Made by a program: the position numbers and the translations under genes. Positions 23,699-36,477 of a stretch of 64,000 nucleotides of DNA are shown here, piece after piece. This stretch comes from Eledone cirrhosa (Eukaryota), in the NCBI GenBank assembly GCA_964016885.1, contig OZ024747.1, positions 93,806,001-93,870,000 of the forward strand. The letters are read 5' to 3'. The notes beneath the pieces are model-generated. The model saw nothing but the letters and a program-made list of their open reading frames with translations. It was not told the DNA's origin and ran no database searches. Numbering within the stretch: position 1 is the first letter of the stretch; each line of letters opens with the position of its first letter.

Positions 23699-26600
23699 AG
23701 GGGGGTGGGGGTTATTTGGGTGTCCCGTTTTTTATTTGGGTGCCCCGTTTTTTTATGGGGGGGATCCGTTTTTATTTGGCTGCCCCGTTTTTTTTTGGGG
23801 GGGGGTCCGTTTTTTATTTGGGTGCCCCGTTTTTTTATGGGGAGGGGAGAGGGGGAGGGGGGTTTATTTGGGTGTCCCGTTTTTTTATTTATGTGCCCCG
23901 TTTTTTTGATGGAGGGGGGGGGGGGTATTTTATTTGGGTGCCCCGTTTTTTTATGGGGGGGGGGTCCGTTTTTTATTTGGGTGCCCCGTATTATTATGGG
24001 GGGGGACCCAAACAAAAACAGACCCCCCCATAAAACAAACGGGGCACCCAACTAAAAAAAGGACACCCCTATAAAAAACGGACCCCCCCATAAAAAACGG
24101 GGCACCCATAAAAAAACAGTGCACCCAAATAACAAATTGACCCCCCCCCCAAAAAAAAACGGACCCTCCCATAAAAAAACGGGACACCCAAATAAAAAAC
24201 GGCCCCCTCATAAAACAACGGGGCACCCAAATAAAAAACGGACCCCCCCCAAAAAAACGGGGCACCCAGATAAAAAACGGACCCCCAAATAAAAAACGTA
24301 CCCCGCCCATAAATAAACGGGGAACCCAAATAAAAAACGGACCCCCCATAAAAAAACGGGGCACCCAAATAAAAAACCGACCCCTTCTAAAAAAACGGAC
24401 ACCCCCATAAAAAACGGGTCACCCAAATAAAAATCGGACCCCCCATAAAAAAACGAGGCACCCAAATAAAAAACGGACCCTCCCATAAAAAACAGGACAC
24501 CCATATTAAAAAAACGGACTCCCCCATAAAACGGGGCACCCAAATAAAAAACGGAACCCCCATAAAAAAACGGGGCACCCAAATAAAAAACGGACCCCCC
24601 ATACAAAAACGGGGCATCCAAATAAAAAACGGACCCCCCATAAAAAAACGAGGCACCCAAATAAAAAACGGACCCAACCCATAAAAAATTTACCCACCTC
24701 AAAAACGGACCCCCCACAAAAAAACGGAGCACCCAAATAAAAAACGGACCCTCCCATAAAAAACGGGACACCCAAATAAAAAACGGCCGCCCCATAAAAA
24801 AACGGGGCACCCAAATAAAAAACGGACCCCCCCACAAAAAAACGGACCCCACCATAAAAGAACGGGGCACCTAAATAAAAAACTGACCCCCCATAAAAAG
24901 AGGCACCCAAATAGAAAACGGACCCCCCCATAAAAAAACGGGGCACCCAAATAAAAGACGGACCCGCCATAAAAAAACGGGGCACCCAAATAAAAAACGG
25001 ACCCTCCCATAAAAAACGGGACACCCAAATAAAAAACGGCCGCCCCATAAAAAAACGGGGCACCCAAATAAAAAACGGACCCCCCCACAAAAAAACGGAC
25101 CCCACCATAAAAGAACGGGGCACCCAAATAAAAAACTGACCCCCCATAAAAAGAGGCACCCAAATAGAAAACGGACCCCCCCATAAAAAAACGGGGCACC
25201 CAAATAAAAGACGGACCCGCCATAAAAAAACGGGGCACCCAAATAAAAAACGGACCCTCCTAAAAAAACGGGGCACCCAAATATAAAACGGAACCCCCCC
25301 CCTAAAAAACGGGGCAGCCAAATAAAAAACGGACCCTCCATAAAAAACGGACCCATCCATAAAAAAACGGGGCACCCAAATAAAAAATTGACCCTCCCAT
25401 AAAAAAACGGGGCACCCAAATAAAAAATATTACCCCCCTAAAAAAAACGGGGCACCCAAATATAAAACGGACCCCCCCATAAAAAACGGAGCACCCAAAT
25501 AAAAAACGGACCCTCCTAAAAAAAACGGGGCACCCAAATATAAAACGGACCCCCCCATAAAAAAACGGGGCACCCAAATAAAAAACGGACCCCCCCGTAA
25601 AAAAACGGGGCACCCAAATAAAAAACGGACCCCGCCCATAAATAAACGGGGAACCCAAATAAAAAACGGACCCCCCATAAAAGAACGGGGCACCCAAATA
25701 AAAAACGGACCCCCCCATAAAAAGAGGCACCCAAATAGAAAACGGAACACCCCATAAAAAAATTTGACCCCCCACAAAAAACGGGGCACCCAAATAAAAA
25801 ACGGACCCCTCCATAAAAAAACGGGGCACCCAAATAAAAAACGGACCCCCCCATAAAAAACGGACCCAACCCATAAAAAAACGGGGCACCCAAATAAAAA
25901 ATTTAACCCCTCAAAAACACGGGGCACCCAAATAAAAAACGGACCCTCCCATAAAAAACGCCCCTCCCCCCATAAAAAACGGAGCACCCAAATAAAAAAC
26001 GGACCCTCCTAAAAAATAACGGGGCACCCAAATATAAAACGGACCCCCCCATAAAAAAACGTGGCAACCAAATCAAAAACGGACCCCCCCGTAAAAAAAC
26101 GGGGCACCCAAATAAAAAACGGACCCCGCCCATAAATAAACGGGGAACCCAAATAAAAAACGTACTCCCCATAAAAAACGGGGCACCCAAATAAAAAACC
26201 GACCTCCCCCCTAAAAAAACGAGGCACCCAAATAAAAAACGGACCCCCCAATAAAGAATTGACCCAACCACAAAAAACGGACCCCGCCCATAAACAAACG
26301 GGGCAACCAAATAAAAAATTTACCCCCCTCAAAAAACGCCCCCCCCCCATAAAAAAACGGGGCACCCAAATAAAAAACGGCCCCCCCATAAAAAAACAAG
26401 GCACCCAAATAAAAAACGGACCCCCCATAAACGGGCCACCAAAATAAAAAACAGACCCTCCCATAAAAAAACGGGGCACCCAAATAAAAACGGACCCCCA
26501 TAAAAAAACGGGGCACCCAAATATAAAACGGACCCCCCACATAAAAAAACGGGGCATCCAAATAAAAAACGGACCCCCCATAAAAATACGGGGCACCCAA

Positions 26601-28716
26601 ATAAAAGACGGACCCCCCATAAAAAAAACGGGGCACCCAAATAAAAAACGGGCCACCAAAATAAAAAACAGACCCTCCCATAAAACGAGGCACCCAAATA
26701 AAAAACGGACCCCCCATACAAAAACGGGGCACCAAATAAAAAACAGACCCCCATAAATAAACGGGGCACCCAAATAAAAACGGACCCTCCCATAAAAAAA
26801 CGGGACACCCAAATAAAAAACGCCCCCCCCCCATAAAAAACGGACCCCCATAAAAAACGGACCCCACCATAAAAAAACGGGGCACGCAAATAATAAACGG
26901 AACCCCCACAAAAAATGGGTACCCAAATAAAAAAGTGGACCCTCCCATAAAAGAACGGGGCACCCAAACAAAAAACGGACCCCCCCATAAAAAACGGGGC
27001 ACCCAAATAAAAACGGACCCCCCATAAAAATACGGTGCACCCAAATAAAAGACGGAACCACCATAAAAAAACGGGGCACCCAAATAAAAAACGGACCCTC
27101 CCCGTAAAAAAACGGGGCACCCAAATAAAAAACGGACCCCCACATAAAAAATTGACCCCCCACAAAAAAACGGGGCACCCAAATAAAAAACGGACCCCCC
27201 CCCACAAAAAAACGGGGCACCCAAATAGAAAACGGACCTCTCCATAAAAAAACGGGGCACCCAAATAAAAAACGGACCCCCCATAAAAAAACGGGGCACG
27301 CAAATAAAAAATGGGACACCAAAATAAAAAACGGACCCTCCCATAAAAAAACGGACCCCCCATAAAAAGAGGCACCCAAACATAAAACGGGGCACCCAAA
27401 TAAAAAACGGATCCCCCCATAAAAAACGGGGCACCCAAATAAAAACGGACCCCCCATAAAAATACGGGGCACCCAAATAAAAGACGGACCCGCCATAAAA
27501 AACGAACCCCCCCATAAAAAAACGGGGCACCCAAATAAAAAACGGACCCCCACATAAAAAACAGACCCACCCATAAAAAATTGACCCCCCACAAAAAAAC
27601 GGGGCACCCAAATAAATAACGGACACCCCCCACAAAAAAACCGGGCACCCAAATAGAAAACGGACCTCTCCATAAAAAAACGGGGCACCCAAATAAAAAA
27701 CGGACCCCCCATAAAAAAACGGGGCACACAAATAAAAAACGGACCCTCCCATAAAAAAACGGGGCACCCAAATAAAAAACGGATCCCCCATAAAAAGAGG
27801 CACCCAAATAAAAAACGGATCCCCCCATAAAAAACGGGGCACCCAAATAAAAACGGACCCCCATAAAAATACGGGGCACCCAAATAAAAGACGGACCCGC
27901 CATAAAAAAACGGGGCACCCAAATAAAAAACGGACCCCCACATAAAAAACAGACCCACCCATAAAAAATTGACCCCCCACAAAAAAACGGGGCACCCAAA
28001 TAAAAAACGGACTCCCCCACAAAAAAACGGGGCACCCAAATAGAAAACGGACCCCTCCATAAAAAAACGGGCACCCAAATAAAAAACGGACCCCCCCATA
28101 AAAAACGGACCCCCCCATAAAAAACGGGGCACCCAAATAAAAAACGGACCCCCCGTAAAAAAACGGGGCACACAAATAAAAAACGGACCCTCCCATAAAA
28201 AAACGGGGCACCCAAATAAAAAACGGACCCCCCATAAAAAGAGGCACCCAAATAAAAAACGGATCCCCCCATAAAAAACGGGGCACCCAAATAAAAACGG
28301 ACCCCCATAAAAATACGGGGCACCCAAATAAAAGACGGACCCGCCATAAAAAACGAACCCCCCCATAAAAAAACGGGGCACCCAAATGAAAAACGGACCC
28401 CCACATAAAAAACAGACCCCCCACAAAAAAACGGGGCACCCAAATAAAAAACGGACTCCCCCACAAAAAAACGGGGCACCCAAATAGAAAACGGACCCCT
28501 CCATAAAAAAACGGACCCCCCCCATAAAAAAACGGGGCACCCAAATAAAAAACGGACCCCCCGTAAAAAAACGGGGCACCCAAATAAAAAACGGACCCCC
28601 CAAATAAAAAACGCCCCCCCCCCCCCGTAAAAAAACGGGGCACTCAAATTTAAAACGGACCCCCCCCCTATAAAAAAACGGACCTCCCCATAAAAAAACG
28701 GGGCATCCGTTTTTTA
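23699..28716. repeat. ~38-bp A-tract/C-tract satellite with an inverted left arm
   Basis: Unit GGGGCACCCAAATAAAAAACGGACCCCCCATAAAAAAAC made of two ~19-bp subunits. 23701-23995 is in the opposite orientation to 24000-28710. Confidence 0.95.
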
Positions 28717-29549
28717 TTGTCACTCATCTCCACCATGCGCTTTAGCGATCTGGGGTCTGTTCTCACCACCTCGGCCCATGTTTTTCGTGGTCTACCTCTA
28801 CCACGTCTTCCTTCAACTGGCATTTCTTCACCCATCGGTCATCTTCCATGTGCATCACATGTCCATACCATCTCAGTCTTCTCTCTCCCACACATCACAT
28901 GTCCATACCATCTCAGTCTTCTCTCCCACACACTACAATTTATCCCTCTTATACCCAGTTTCTCTCTCAACTCATCACATGTCCATACTACCTCAGTCTT
29001 CTCTCCCACACACCACAACTTATCCCTCTTATACCCAGTTTCTCTCTCAACACATCACATGTCCATACCATCTCAGTCTCCTCTCCCACACACTACAACT
29101 TATCCCTCTTATACCCAGTTTCTCTCTCAACTCATCACATGCCCATACCATCTCAGTCTCCTCTCCCACACACCACAACTTATCCCTCTTATACACAGTT
29201 TCTCTCTCAACACATCACATGTCCATACCATGTCAGTCTTCTCTCCCACACACAACTTATCCCTCTCAGACACAGTTTCTCTCTCAACTCATTCATGCTG
29301 GGTCCTTGACGTACATTGACATTGCACATCCAATGGAGCATGCTTGCCTCATTTCTCTCCAGCCGTCACATATCCTCTGCAGTTGCTGCCAAGTCTCACT
29401 ACCACTAAGTTCTTGTCATTCCAGATGGTGTTAAGTTTTGTAAGATCTGCTGTGATCTGGGAAGATCTGGCGAGTACTTTAGGTTTAGATCCTTCATCTG
29501 GAATGATGAACCCCATCAGGTATTTGAAACTGTTGACGTACTCTAGTTT
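28717..29549 (-). mobile_element. RTE family 3 fragment with about 6 copies of the 80-bp unit, joined to a fragment of another RTE
   Basis: GRPRKTW and LERNEA regions on the minus strand. 29400-29549 encodes LEYVNSFKYL...DEGSKP..LARSSQITADLTKLNTIWNDKN. Confidence 0.82.
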
Positions 29550-29651
29550 AAAACATAGGTCTACCATAACTAAGGGACGCTTACATGTGACAGTAAAGAA
29601 AGGGTTAAACCAAGAAAAGGGGCTGGTAAAAGTATCAAAATATAGGTTTAC

Positions 29652-29808
29652 CATCACCAGAGGTATACTACAGGTGTCAGTTAATTTTAGCAACATTTTC
29701 GCAAACTTTTCCACAGGTTTCATACAACTTTCCAGCCCTTCCTTCAACGTGGGGGCCCTATAGTTGGTTTCACAAGTTCTCGGGTCCTTCTCGCATATCA
29801 GACAGAAA
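29652..29808 (-). CDS. MEI1: MEI1 coding exon 12
   Basis: tttcag and gtaaac, 157 nt, phase 2/0. ETNYRAP and FAKMLLKLTDTCSIPLVM resemble vertebrate ENPFTAP and FSEFLLSACDSLCIPMVM. Confidence 0.92.
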
Positions 29809-29991
29809 CTGAAAATAGAAATTTTATTATTATTATTATATTTTTCAACAATTTGTAATGACTTTTTTTTTTTTTTTAAAGAAACACGTTTTATTAACCT
29901 GATGACCGCTGTGTATATTTTACACAGCTAGAGTTGCTGTACTGGAGATTGGGGGGGGGGGGGGATGTCAGTAAAATGACTATTTTTTTAA

Positions 29992-30521
29992 CCCTTTAGC
30001 ATTTACATTACTCTATTTTCACAGTAAAGGCTTTACCTCACATAACATTTACATTACTCTATATATACTATTGTATTGTCACAGTAAAGGCTTTACCTCA
30101 CATAACATTTACATTACTCTATATATACTATTGTATTTTCACAGTAAAGGCTTTACCTCACATAACATTTACATTATTCTATATATACTATTGTATTTTC
30201 ACAGTAAAGGCTTTACCTCACATAATATCTCACATAACATTTACATTACTCTATATATACTATTGTATGTTTACAGTAAAGGCTTTACCTCACATAATAC
30301 CTCACATAACATTTACATTACTCTATATATACTATTGTATTGTCACAGTAAAGGCTTTACCTCACATAATTATCTCACATAATATCGAATCTATGAGATT
30401 TTGAAAGTATTTATTTTAAGAACAATACCATAACATCAGTTTGAGTGACCAGTTACAGCCAGTTTCAACAGAAAAAGGTAGAGAATTCTAGCTGGTTTTG
30501 GCCGGTTTGAACATTAAAGGG
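29992..30521. mobile_element. piggyBac-like MITE with an internal 60-bp tandem array
   Basis: Ends TTAA|CCCTTTAGCATT and AACATTAAAGGG|TTAA form imperfect TIRs with TTAA flanks. About 6 internal repeats at 30000-30380. Confidence 0.7.
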
Positions 30522-30717
30522 TTAAAATTCTTCATAAATTAAAATCTTCCAACATAATTTTATATAAGAACCTACATTAAGTTACTATTTTAGTAATGAA
30601 ATATTTAATAATTTTAACAAATCCCTCAAAATTCTTCATTAATTAATTGAAATACTGGGTTCCTATTTGATTAAAAATATGGTCAGGAGAGGGTTAACAA
30701 ACAGAAAGGTGACCTAC

Positions 30718-30903
30718 CGACAAGCCTGCTCCAAGAGTAAATGAAATTCTGTGACAATTTGGCTGTATTTGTCCTCAACTGCCTGCTTACTGGGTTTACG
30801 ACCCTGTAACATGGGTTTACACAGGGTATAGATGTGATGGGCGAGAGCCCTGCACAAACCATCCAGTTGTTCAAACGGTACAGGAAGTAATAGGTGTTCT
30901 TTT
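30718..30903 (-). CDS. MEI1: MEI1 coding exon 11
   Basis: ctccag and gtaggt, 186 nt, phase 2/2. KEHLLLPVPFEQL...EQACR resembles vertebrate KDH..PPVQYGEL...RSACR. Confidence 0.9.
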
Positions 30904-30930
30904 CTGGAGAATATAAGGATATATATATTA

Positions 30931-31569
30931 GTAGCAGTGGTACCCAGCGTTTTACGGGATAAGGTATTTTGGAACGCGGGCCGCCAACAGACCTAATCGT
31001 GGAAAAACTCCATGCCTGGACAATATGTAAAGAAAATAAACCGAATACTCTGCTGGCTGGATAATCTTTAAGATTTTCCTCGATGAAGCAGGAAAAATGC
31101 AGGTTTTCACCTAATGCGGGCCCTAGGGGATCAAGGAAATGAATTTTTTTTATGTGCATAATATGCTTTGAAATTTCGGGAAAATCGGCTAGACGTAACG
31201 TCTCAAAGAAGCCCTAAAAAGCTGAAAAAAATGAAGTTTTTCACCTAATGTGGGCCCTAGGCCATAAAAAAGATGGATTTTCTTTGCTCACAGTATGAAG
31301 AAGAGACTGACTAATACATAGTTACAATTTCAAGGAAATCGGTCTGACATAACGCCTAAAAAAACTCATAAAAAGCTGAAAAAAAAAACAGTTTTTCACC
31401 AAATGTGGGCCCTAAAGGATCAAAAAGTTGAACTGTTTTATGTGCAAAACACTCCCTGAAACATAAGTAATACACATGTGAAGTTGGGTACTTCTCGAAG
31501 TTTAAGGATTCAAACTCACAGACACACACACACACAGGCAGACATCCTCAGTTTTATATATATAGAAGA
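30931..31569 (-). mobile_element. Non-autonomous Helitron-like element
   Basis: On the minus strand it starts A|TCTTCTATATATATAAAA and ends with a weak GC hairpin and GGTACCACTGCTAC. A related end at 33408-33423 reads GGGTACCACTGCTAG|T, the canonical CTAG. Confidence 0.6.
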
Positions 31570-31573
31570 TATA

Positions 31574-32225
31574 TCATCATCATCATTTCATTTTACGTCC
31601 ACTTTTCCCTGCTTGCAAGGGTGGGATGGGAACTGATTCTGGCTTGATTTCTACAGCTGGATGCCCTTCCTAACACCAACCTCATCTACAGTGAGTGCTG
31701 GGTGCTTTTTTTCCGTGGCACCTCCACGACCATTTTACAGTGAGTACTGGGTGCTTTTTTGCTGTGGCACCTCCACGATCACTTTACAGTGAGCGCTGGG
31801 TGCTTTTTTTCCGTGGCGCCTACACGTCCACTTTACAGTGTGGGCTGGGTGCTTTTTTGCCGTGGCACCTCCACGACCACTTTACAGTGAGGGCTGGGTG
31901 CTTTTTTGCCGTGGCCCCTCCACGACCACTTTACAGTGTGGGCTGGGTGCTTTTTTGCCGTGGCACCTCCACGACCACTCTACAGTGGAATGACTGGGGT
32001 CCCTATCATTCCACTGTAAAGTAGTCGTGGAGGCAAAAAAGCACCCAGCCCACACTGTAAAGTGAACGTGGAGGTGCCACGGAAAAAAAAGCACCCAGCA
32101 CTCACTGTAAATGAGGTTGGTGTTAGGAAGGGCATCCAGCTGTAGAAATCAAGCCAGAATCAGTTCCCGTCCTCGCACCCTTGCAAGCAGGGAAAAAACG
32201 GACGTAAAATGATGATGATGATGAT
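31574..32225. mobile_element. Fold-back SINE A: two headless 3' halves in inverted orientation
   Basis: (CAT)n tail on the left, (GAT)n tail on the right, with the junction near 31995 at the SINE's internal hairpin. Confidence 0.85.
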
Positions 32226-32260
32226 ACATAAACATATACACTGTCTGCCCCATAACTTAC

Positions 32261-32395
32261 TTGAAGATGTAAGCTGTGGCCTGAAGGGTAGCAACCAAGA
32301 TATCTGGACTGTGGTACTTCGTCATTTTTAGCAGAACATCTAGGCACAACTTCACACTGTTTATATTGTGAAACAGAGTTATGTTGTCGGGTTGT
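32261..32395 (-). CDS. MEI1: MEI1 coding exon 10
   Basis: ttacag and gtaagt, 135 nt, phase 2/2. RQPDNITLF resembles vertebrate RQPEEIKLF. Confidence 0.93.
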
Positions 32396-32419
32396 CTGTA
32401 AAATAATAATAATAATAAT

Positions 32420-32996
32420 AATAATAATTGTTTCTACTTTTGGCACAAGGCCAGCAATTACCCGTGTATTACTGGTACTTTATTTTATCAACCCCGTAAT
32501 AATTGTTTCTACTTTTGGGGGCACAAGGCCAGCAATTACCCCAGTGTATTACTGGTACTTTATTTTATCAACCCCATAATAATTGTTTCTACTTTTGGGG
32601 GCACAAGGCCAGCAATTACCCCAAATAATTGTTTCTACTTTTGGAGGCACAAGGCCAGCAATTACTCCAGTGTATTACTGGTACTTGATTTTATCAACCC
32701 CGTAATAATTTTTTCTACTTTTGGGGGCACAAGGCCAGCAATTACCCCAGTGTATTACTGGTACTTTATTTTATCAACCCCATAATAATTGTTTCTACTT
32801 TTGGGGGCACAAGGCCAGCAATTACCCCAAATAATTGTTTCTACTTTTGGAGGCACAAGGCCAGCAATTACTCCAGTGTATTACTGGTACTTGATTTTAT
32901 CAACCCCGTAATAATTTTTTCTACTTTTGGGGGCACAAGGCCAGCAATTACCCCAGTGTATTACTGGTACTTTATTTTATCAACCCTGTAATAATT
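32420..32996 (-). repeat. Tandem array of the SINE B 3' end (~80-bp and ~43-bp units)
   Basis: Same unit as 20600-21075, without a SINE head. Confidence 0.88.
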
Positions 32997-33224
32997 TGGG
33001 GTGGGGGGTTAGTGATAGTGAGGCTTTTGTGTGTGGGGGGTGTTGTGGTGAGGGGTGAGAGGGTGTAGGGTAGGGGAGGAGGTAAATATAAACCGCTGGG
33101 ACATCGAAATAAAAATGTGGACAGGAGCAGCAACACCTGCATGAAACCAACTGGCATCTGTCAGATGCCTGACATGTGTTACTAGCAATCCAACACCACC
33201 ACCACCACAGCCACAGCTACTCAC

Positions 33225-33324
33225 CTGTGTAATATATGACGTAACAAGGTAAGGCCATTAACCAGTAGTTTCTTCTCATTCATCTGCTGTAGAGTGTTTA
33301 AAGCAGCTACTATGGAGTCAATGC
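33225..33324 (-). CDS. MEI1: MEI1 coding exon 9
   Basis: cttcag and gtgagt, 100 nt, phase 1/2. GIDSIVAAL...MN...NGLTLLRHIL resembles vertebrate GIEAVVRSL...MN...QGLLLFAEIL. Confidence 0.93.
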
Positions 33325-33456
33325 CTGAAGAGACAATTAGTGGCGAAACTCACATGGATAGTACTTTATAGATATCTATACGTGTGTCTGTATATATATA
33401 TATGTATACTAGCAGTGGTACCCTAAATTCTTCCAACCCGTCCTTATTCTAGATAC

Positions 33457-33487
<31 letters not shown>

Positions 33488-34089
33488 CTGTATTTTTAAC
33501 CGTTGGTCAATCAATGATAAACATTGAGGACCGAATGAATTAACTATGGAGATATAAAAGATACAGAAGTGAAAACCAAGGTTTTTAGATAAATATAAAC
33601 ACTTTAACCCTTTCATTACCATATTTCTAATGGAACATAACTTAACAAAGGTTCTTACATAAAATTCTGATGGAAGGTTTTTAGATAAATATAAACACTT
33701 TAACGCTTTCTTGCCATATTTCTAATGGAGCATAACTTAACATAAGTTCTTACATAAAATTATTATGGAAGGTCTTTAGATAAATATAAACACTTTAACC
33801 CTTTCATTACCATATTTCTAATGGAACATAACTTAACAGAAGTTCTTACATAATATTATGTTGGAAGGTTTATAGATAAATATAAACACTTTAACCCTTT
33901 CATTACCACTGTGGGTTGGGTGCTTTTTGTCATGACACCTACACAAAATTATGATGGAAGGTTTTTTGAGGTATTTAGTAATATAACTAACATTCTTATT
34001 ATTAAGCTTATGTTTGGAACGTAACATAACAAAGGTGATCTTTCTCTCTCTCTTTCTCCCTAACAACAACAACAATAATAATAATTTAC

Positions 34090-34160
34090 CATATACGGAA
34101 TGGAAGTGGCTGAAGAATGTGGTTTCTTCTGACAGATGGGTGAGACACTGGAAAATCAAC
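34090..34160 (-). CDS. MEI1: MEI1 coding exon 8
   Basis: ttccag and gtaaat, 71 nt, phase 2/1. CLTHLSEETTFFSHFHSVYG resembles vertebrate [20 protein letters not shown]. Confidence 0.95.
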
Positions 34161-34229
34161 CTGGAAATACATATATATCTTAACTATAATAAAGTAAGGA
34201 GCGCGCGACTGCGTCCATTATGAAAAATG

Positions 34230-34760
34230 ATAATGATAATGAAATATTGTGTACAGTACTCAGGTGCACTACAACTCATCAAAAAGTGTATGTATAGTAC
34301 ATAGGGTAATGTACAAACGTCAGGAAAATGAACAGTGCATGAGTCATGATACACACGTGTGCATGTGCATGGAAGGGGTACATCAGGTGTAGTTTTGGCG
34401 TATTTCGGGAAGCATGAGGGTTTTAAAGGATGCAGTGTCTCGGCAGCTAACAACTGATGAAGGCAGTTTGTTTCATGGAGGTTTTAAAGGATGCAGTGTC
34501 TCGACAGCTAACAACTGATGCAGGGAGTTTGTTCCATGCTTCAGCAACTCTGAGCGTGAAAAAATGTTTACAAAAGTCATGGGAGCTGTGCTGTTTTCTG
34601 ATTTTCTAGGCATGTCCATGTGTGTTAGACACATGGAGATCAAAAAGGTGCTCAGGATTGTAATTGGCGAGATGGTTAATAACTTTGTGGCTATTTACCA
34701 AGTCCATTGCCTGACGTCGGAGCTTCAATGTATCCATGCCCAGGGAAGCAAGGCGTTCAG
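34230..34760 (-). mobile_element. CR1-clade LINE 3' fragment
   Basis: Reverse-complement similarity to 48255-49050, with an (ATT)-type tail. Confidence 0.8.
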
Positions 34761-34944
34761 TATATATTTTTTTACCCCGTTTGTAAAATAAGTTGGATTA
34801 CTTTGAATAAATAATCAATGAATATTACATAATTTATCTACTAAATTTCGTGGCTGTTCATTAAATATATTTTATAGCTTATTTAAAGATTCACTTCTTT
34901 AAAATTGTCAGAGTATAATGTACTATAGTATATCAGGGAACCAG

Positions 34945-35310
34945 CACTACCACTTTACAAAGTGTAGTGGGTGTATTATATCATGACACGGACACTACCA
35001 CTTTACAGAGTGTACTGGGTGTATTATATCATGACACGAACACTACCACTTTACAGAGTGTACTGGGTGTATTATATCATGACACCAGCACTACCACTTT
35101 ACAGAGTGTACTGGGTGTATTATATCATGACACGAACACTACCACTTTACAGAGTGTACTGGGTGTATTATATCATGACACGAACACTACCACTTTACAG
35201 AGTGTACTGGGTGTATTATATCATGACACCAACACTACCACTTTACAGAGTGTACTGGGTGTATTATATCATGACACGAACACTACCACTTTACAGAGTG
35301 TACTTGGTGT
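34945..35310. repeat. 48-bp minisatellite (about 7.5 copies), diverged relative of the RTE 3' UTR unit
   Basis: Unit CACTACCACTTTACAGAGTGTACTGGGTGTATTATATCATGACACGAA. Confidence 0.9.
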
Positions 35311-35334
35311 AAATAATGAATGAAATCACATTAC

Positions 35335-35380
35335 CTTATATGGTAACTGTTACTACTGTACAGCCCTTCGAAGAGTAATT
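35335..35380 (-). CDS. MEI1: MEI1 coding exon 7
   Basis: tttccag and gtaatg, 46 nt, phase 1/2. ELLFEGLYSSN resembles vertebrate EFLFEHLSSSS. Confidence 0.92.
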
Positions 35381-35398
35381 CTGGAAAAAAAGAATATA

Positions 35399-36100
35399 TA
35401 AGACCCACCTTGCCTATGTACAAAGCGAAACCTACAGTCAGTAGGCACCTCTTAATCAAATATACACCCCCTCCCACTCCCCCACCCCCATCAACACCAC
35501 CCTTTCTCTGTAAAGTTATGTTGGTACCACAACATCCAGTCCTAAATAAATGAGGTCGTGTAGGTGTCACGACAAAAAAACACACAGTGCATGCTGTAAT
35601 GTGGCCGTGAAGGTAACACGGTAAAAACCTCCCAGTCCACACTGTAAAGTGGTCATGTAGGTAACATGACAAAAAGCACCCAGTCCACACTGTAAAGTAG
35701 TCATTTTGGTTGTCATGACAAAAAGCACCCAGTCCACACTGTAAAGTGGTCATGTAGGTGTCATGACAAAAAGTACCCAGTCCACACTGTAAAGTGGTCA
35801 TGTAGGTGTCATGACAAAAAGTACCCAGTCCACACTGTAAAGTGGTCGTGGAGGTGTCATGACAAAAAGTACCCAGTCCACACTGTAAAGTGGTCATGTA
35901 GGTAACACGGTAAAAACCTCCCAGTCCACACTGTAAACGTGGTTGGTGTTAGGAAGGGCATCCAGCTGTAGAAAACCCGCCAGACAGTCCTATAGGAGCA
36001 AGACACGGTCACCCGACCAATCTTGCCTCAAGTGGGACAATTCCCGTCTAAACCCATGCTAGCGCGGAAGATAGACGTTAAACGATAACAATGATGATGA
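35399..36100 (+). mobile_element. RTE 3' UTR copy with an internal 48-bp expansion
   Basis: Collinear with the RTE family 2 3' UTR and ends in ATGATGATG. Confidence 0.85.
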
Positions 36101-36249
36101 AATAACCCCAGCAAACCCATAAAAACTTTGTTAAAAATGTAAAAAAAAAAACCTTACCCCTTAAAAAAACATTTAAAAAAACTTAAAAAAAAAAAACTTT
36201 TTAAAAAAACTTTAAAAAAAAAACTTTTTTAAAATCATAAAAATCTTAC

Positions 36250-36477
36250 CTGCGACATCAGATTCAAGTAAGTGGACATTAGTAGGGTTAGAGGTGAGCC
36301 CTTGGGACTTGTCGAGGAGTTCTGACAGGCATAGTAATGTCCCTGTCTGCAAGGAGTCCCTTTTTTTATGGTTCTGTAGCAGGGATTTGAACACAGATCC
36401 CAGACTTGACCCCTTCAACTTCAGCTGGACGATAAACATCAGGAAGGACGGCTCCAACAGTAACAACCTCACCATTT
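36250..36477 (-). CDS. MEI1: MEI1 coding exon 6
   Basis: ttccag and gtaaga, 228 nt, phase 1/1. SSLGSVFKSLL...RDSLQ...CL resembles vertebrate TSLPLVLKKLL..RDETLQ..CI. Confidence 0.92.

Noticed and set aside
23692-28723. Long G/F/P/W-rich ORFs up to 904 aa
   Set aside because: All three minus frames are open because the satellite unit lacks stop codons; there is no domain signal.
23692-28730. TCATCTC as a target-site duplication around the 38-bp satellite
   Set aside because: Both copies can be explained as native RTE family 3 sequence, so the match is ambiguous.
29880-29935. Hammerhead-like GAAACACGT...CTGATGA plus hairpin
   Set aside because: Stems I and III cannot be formed and no GAAA follows the hairpin.
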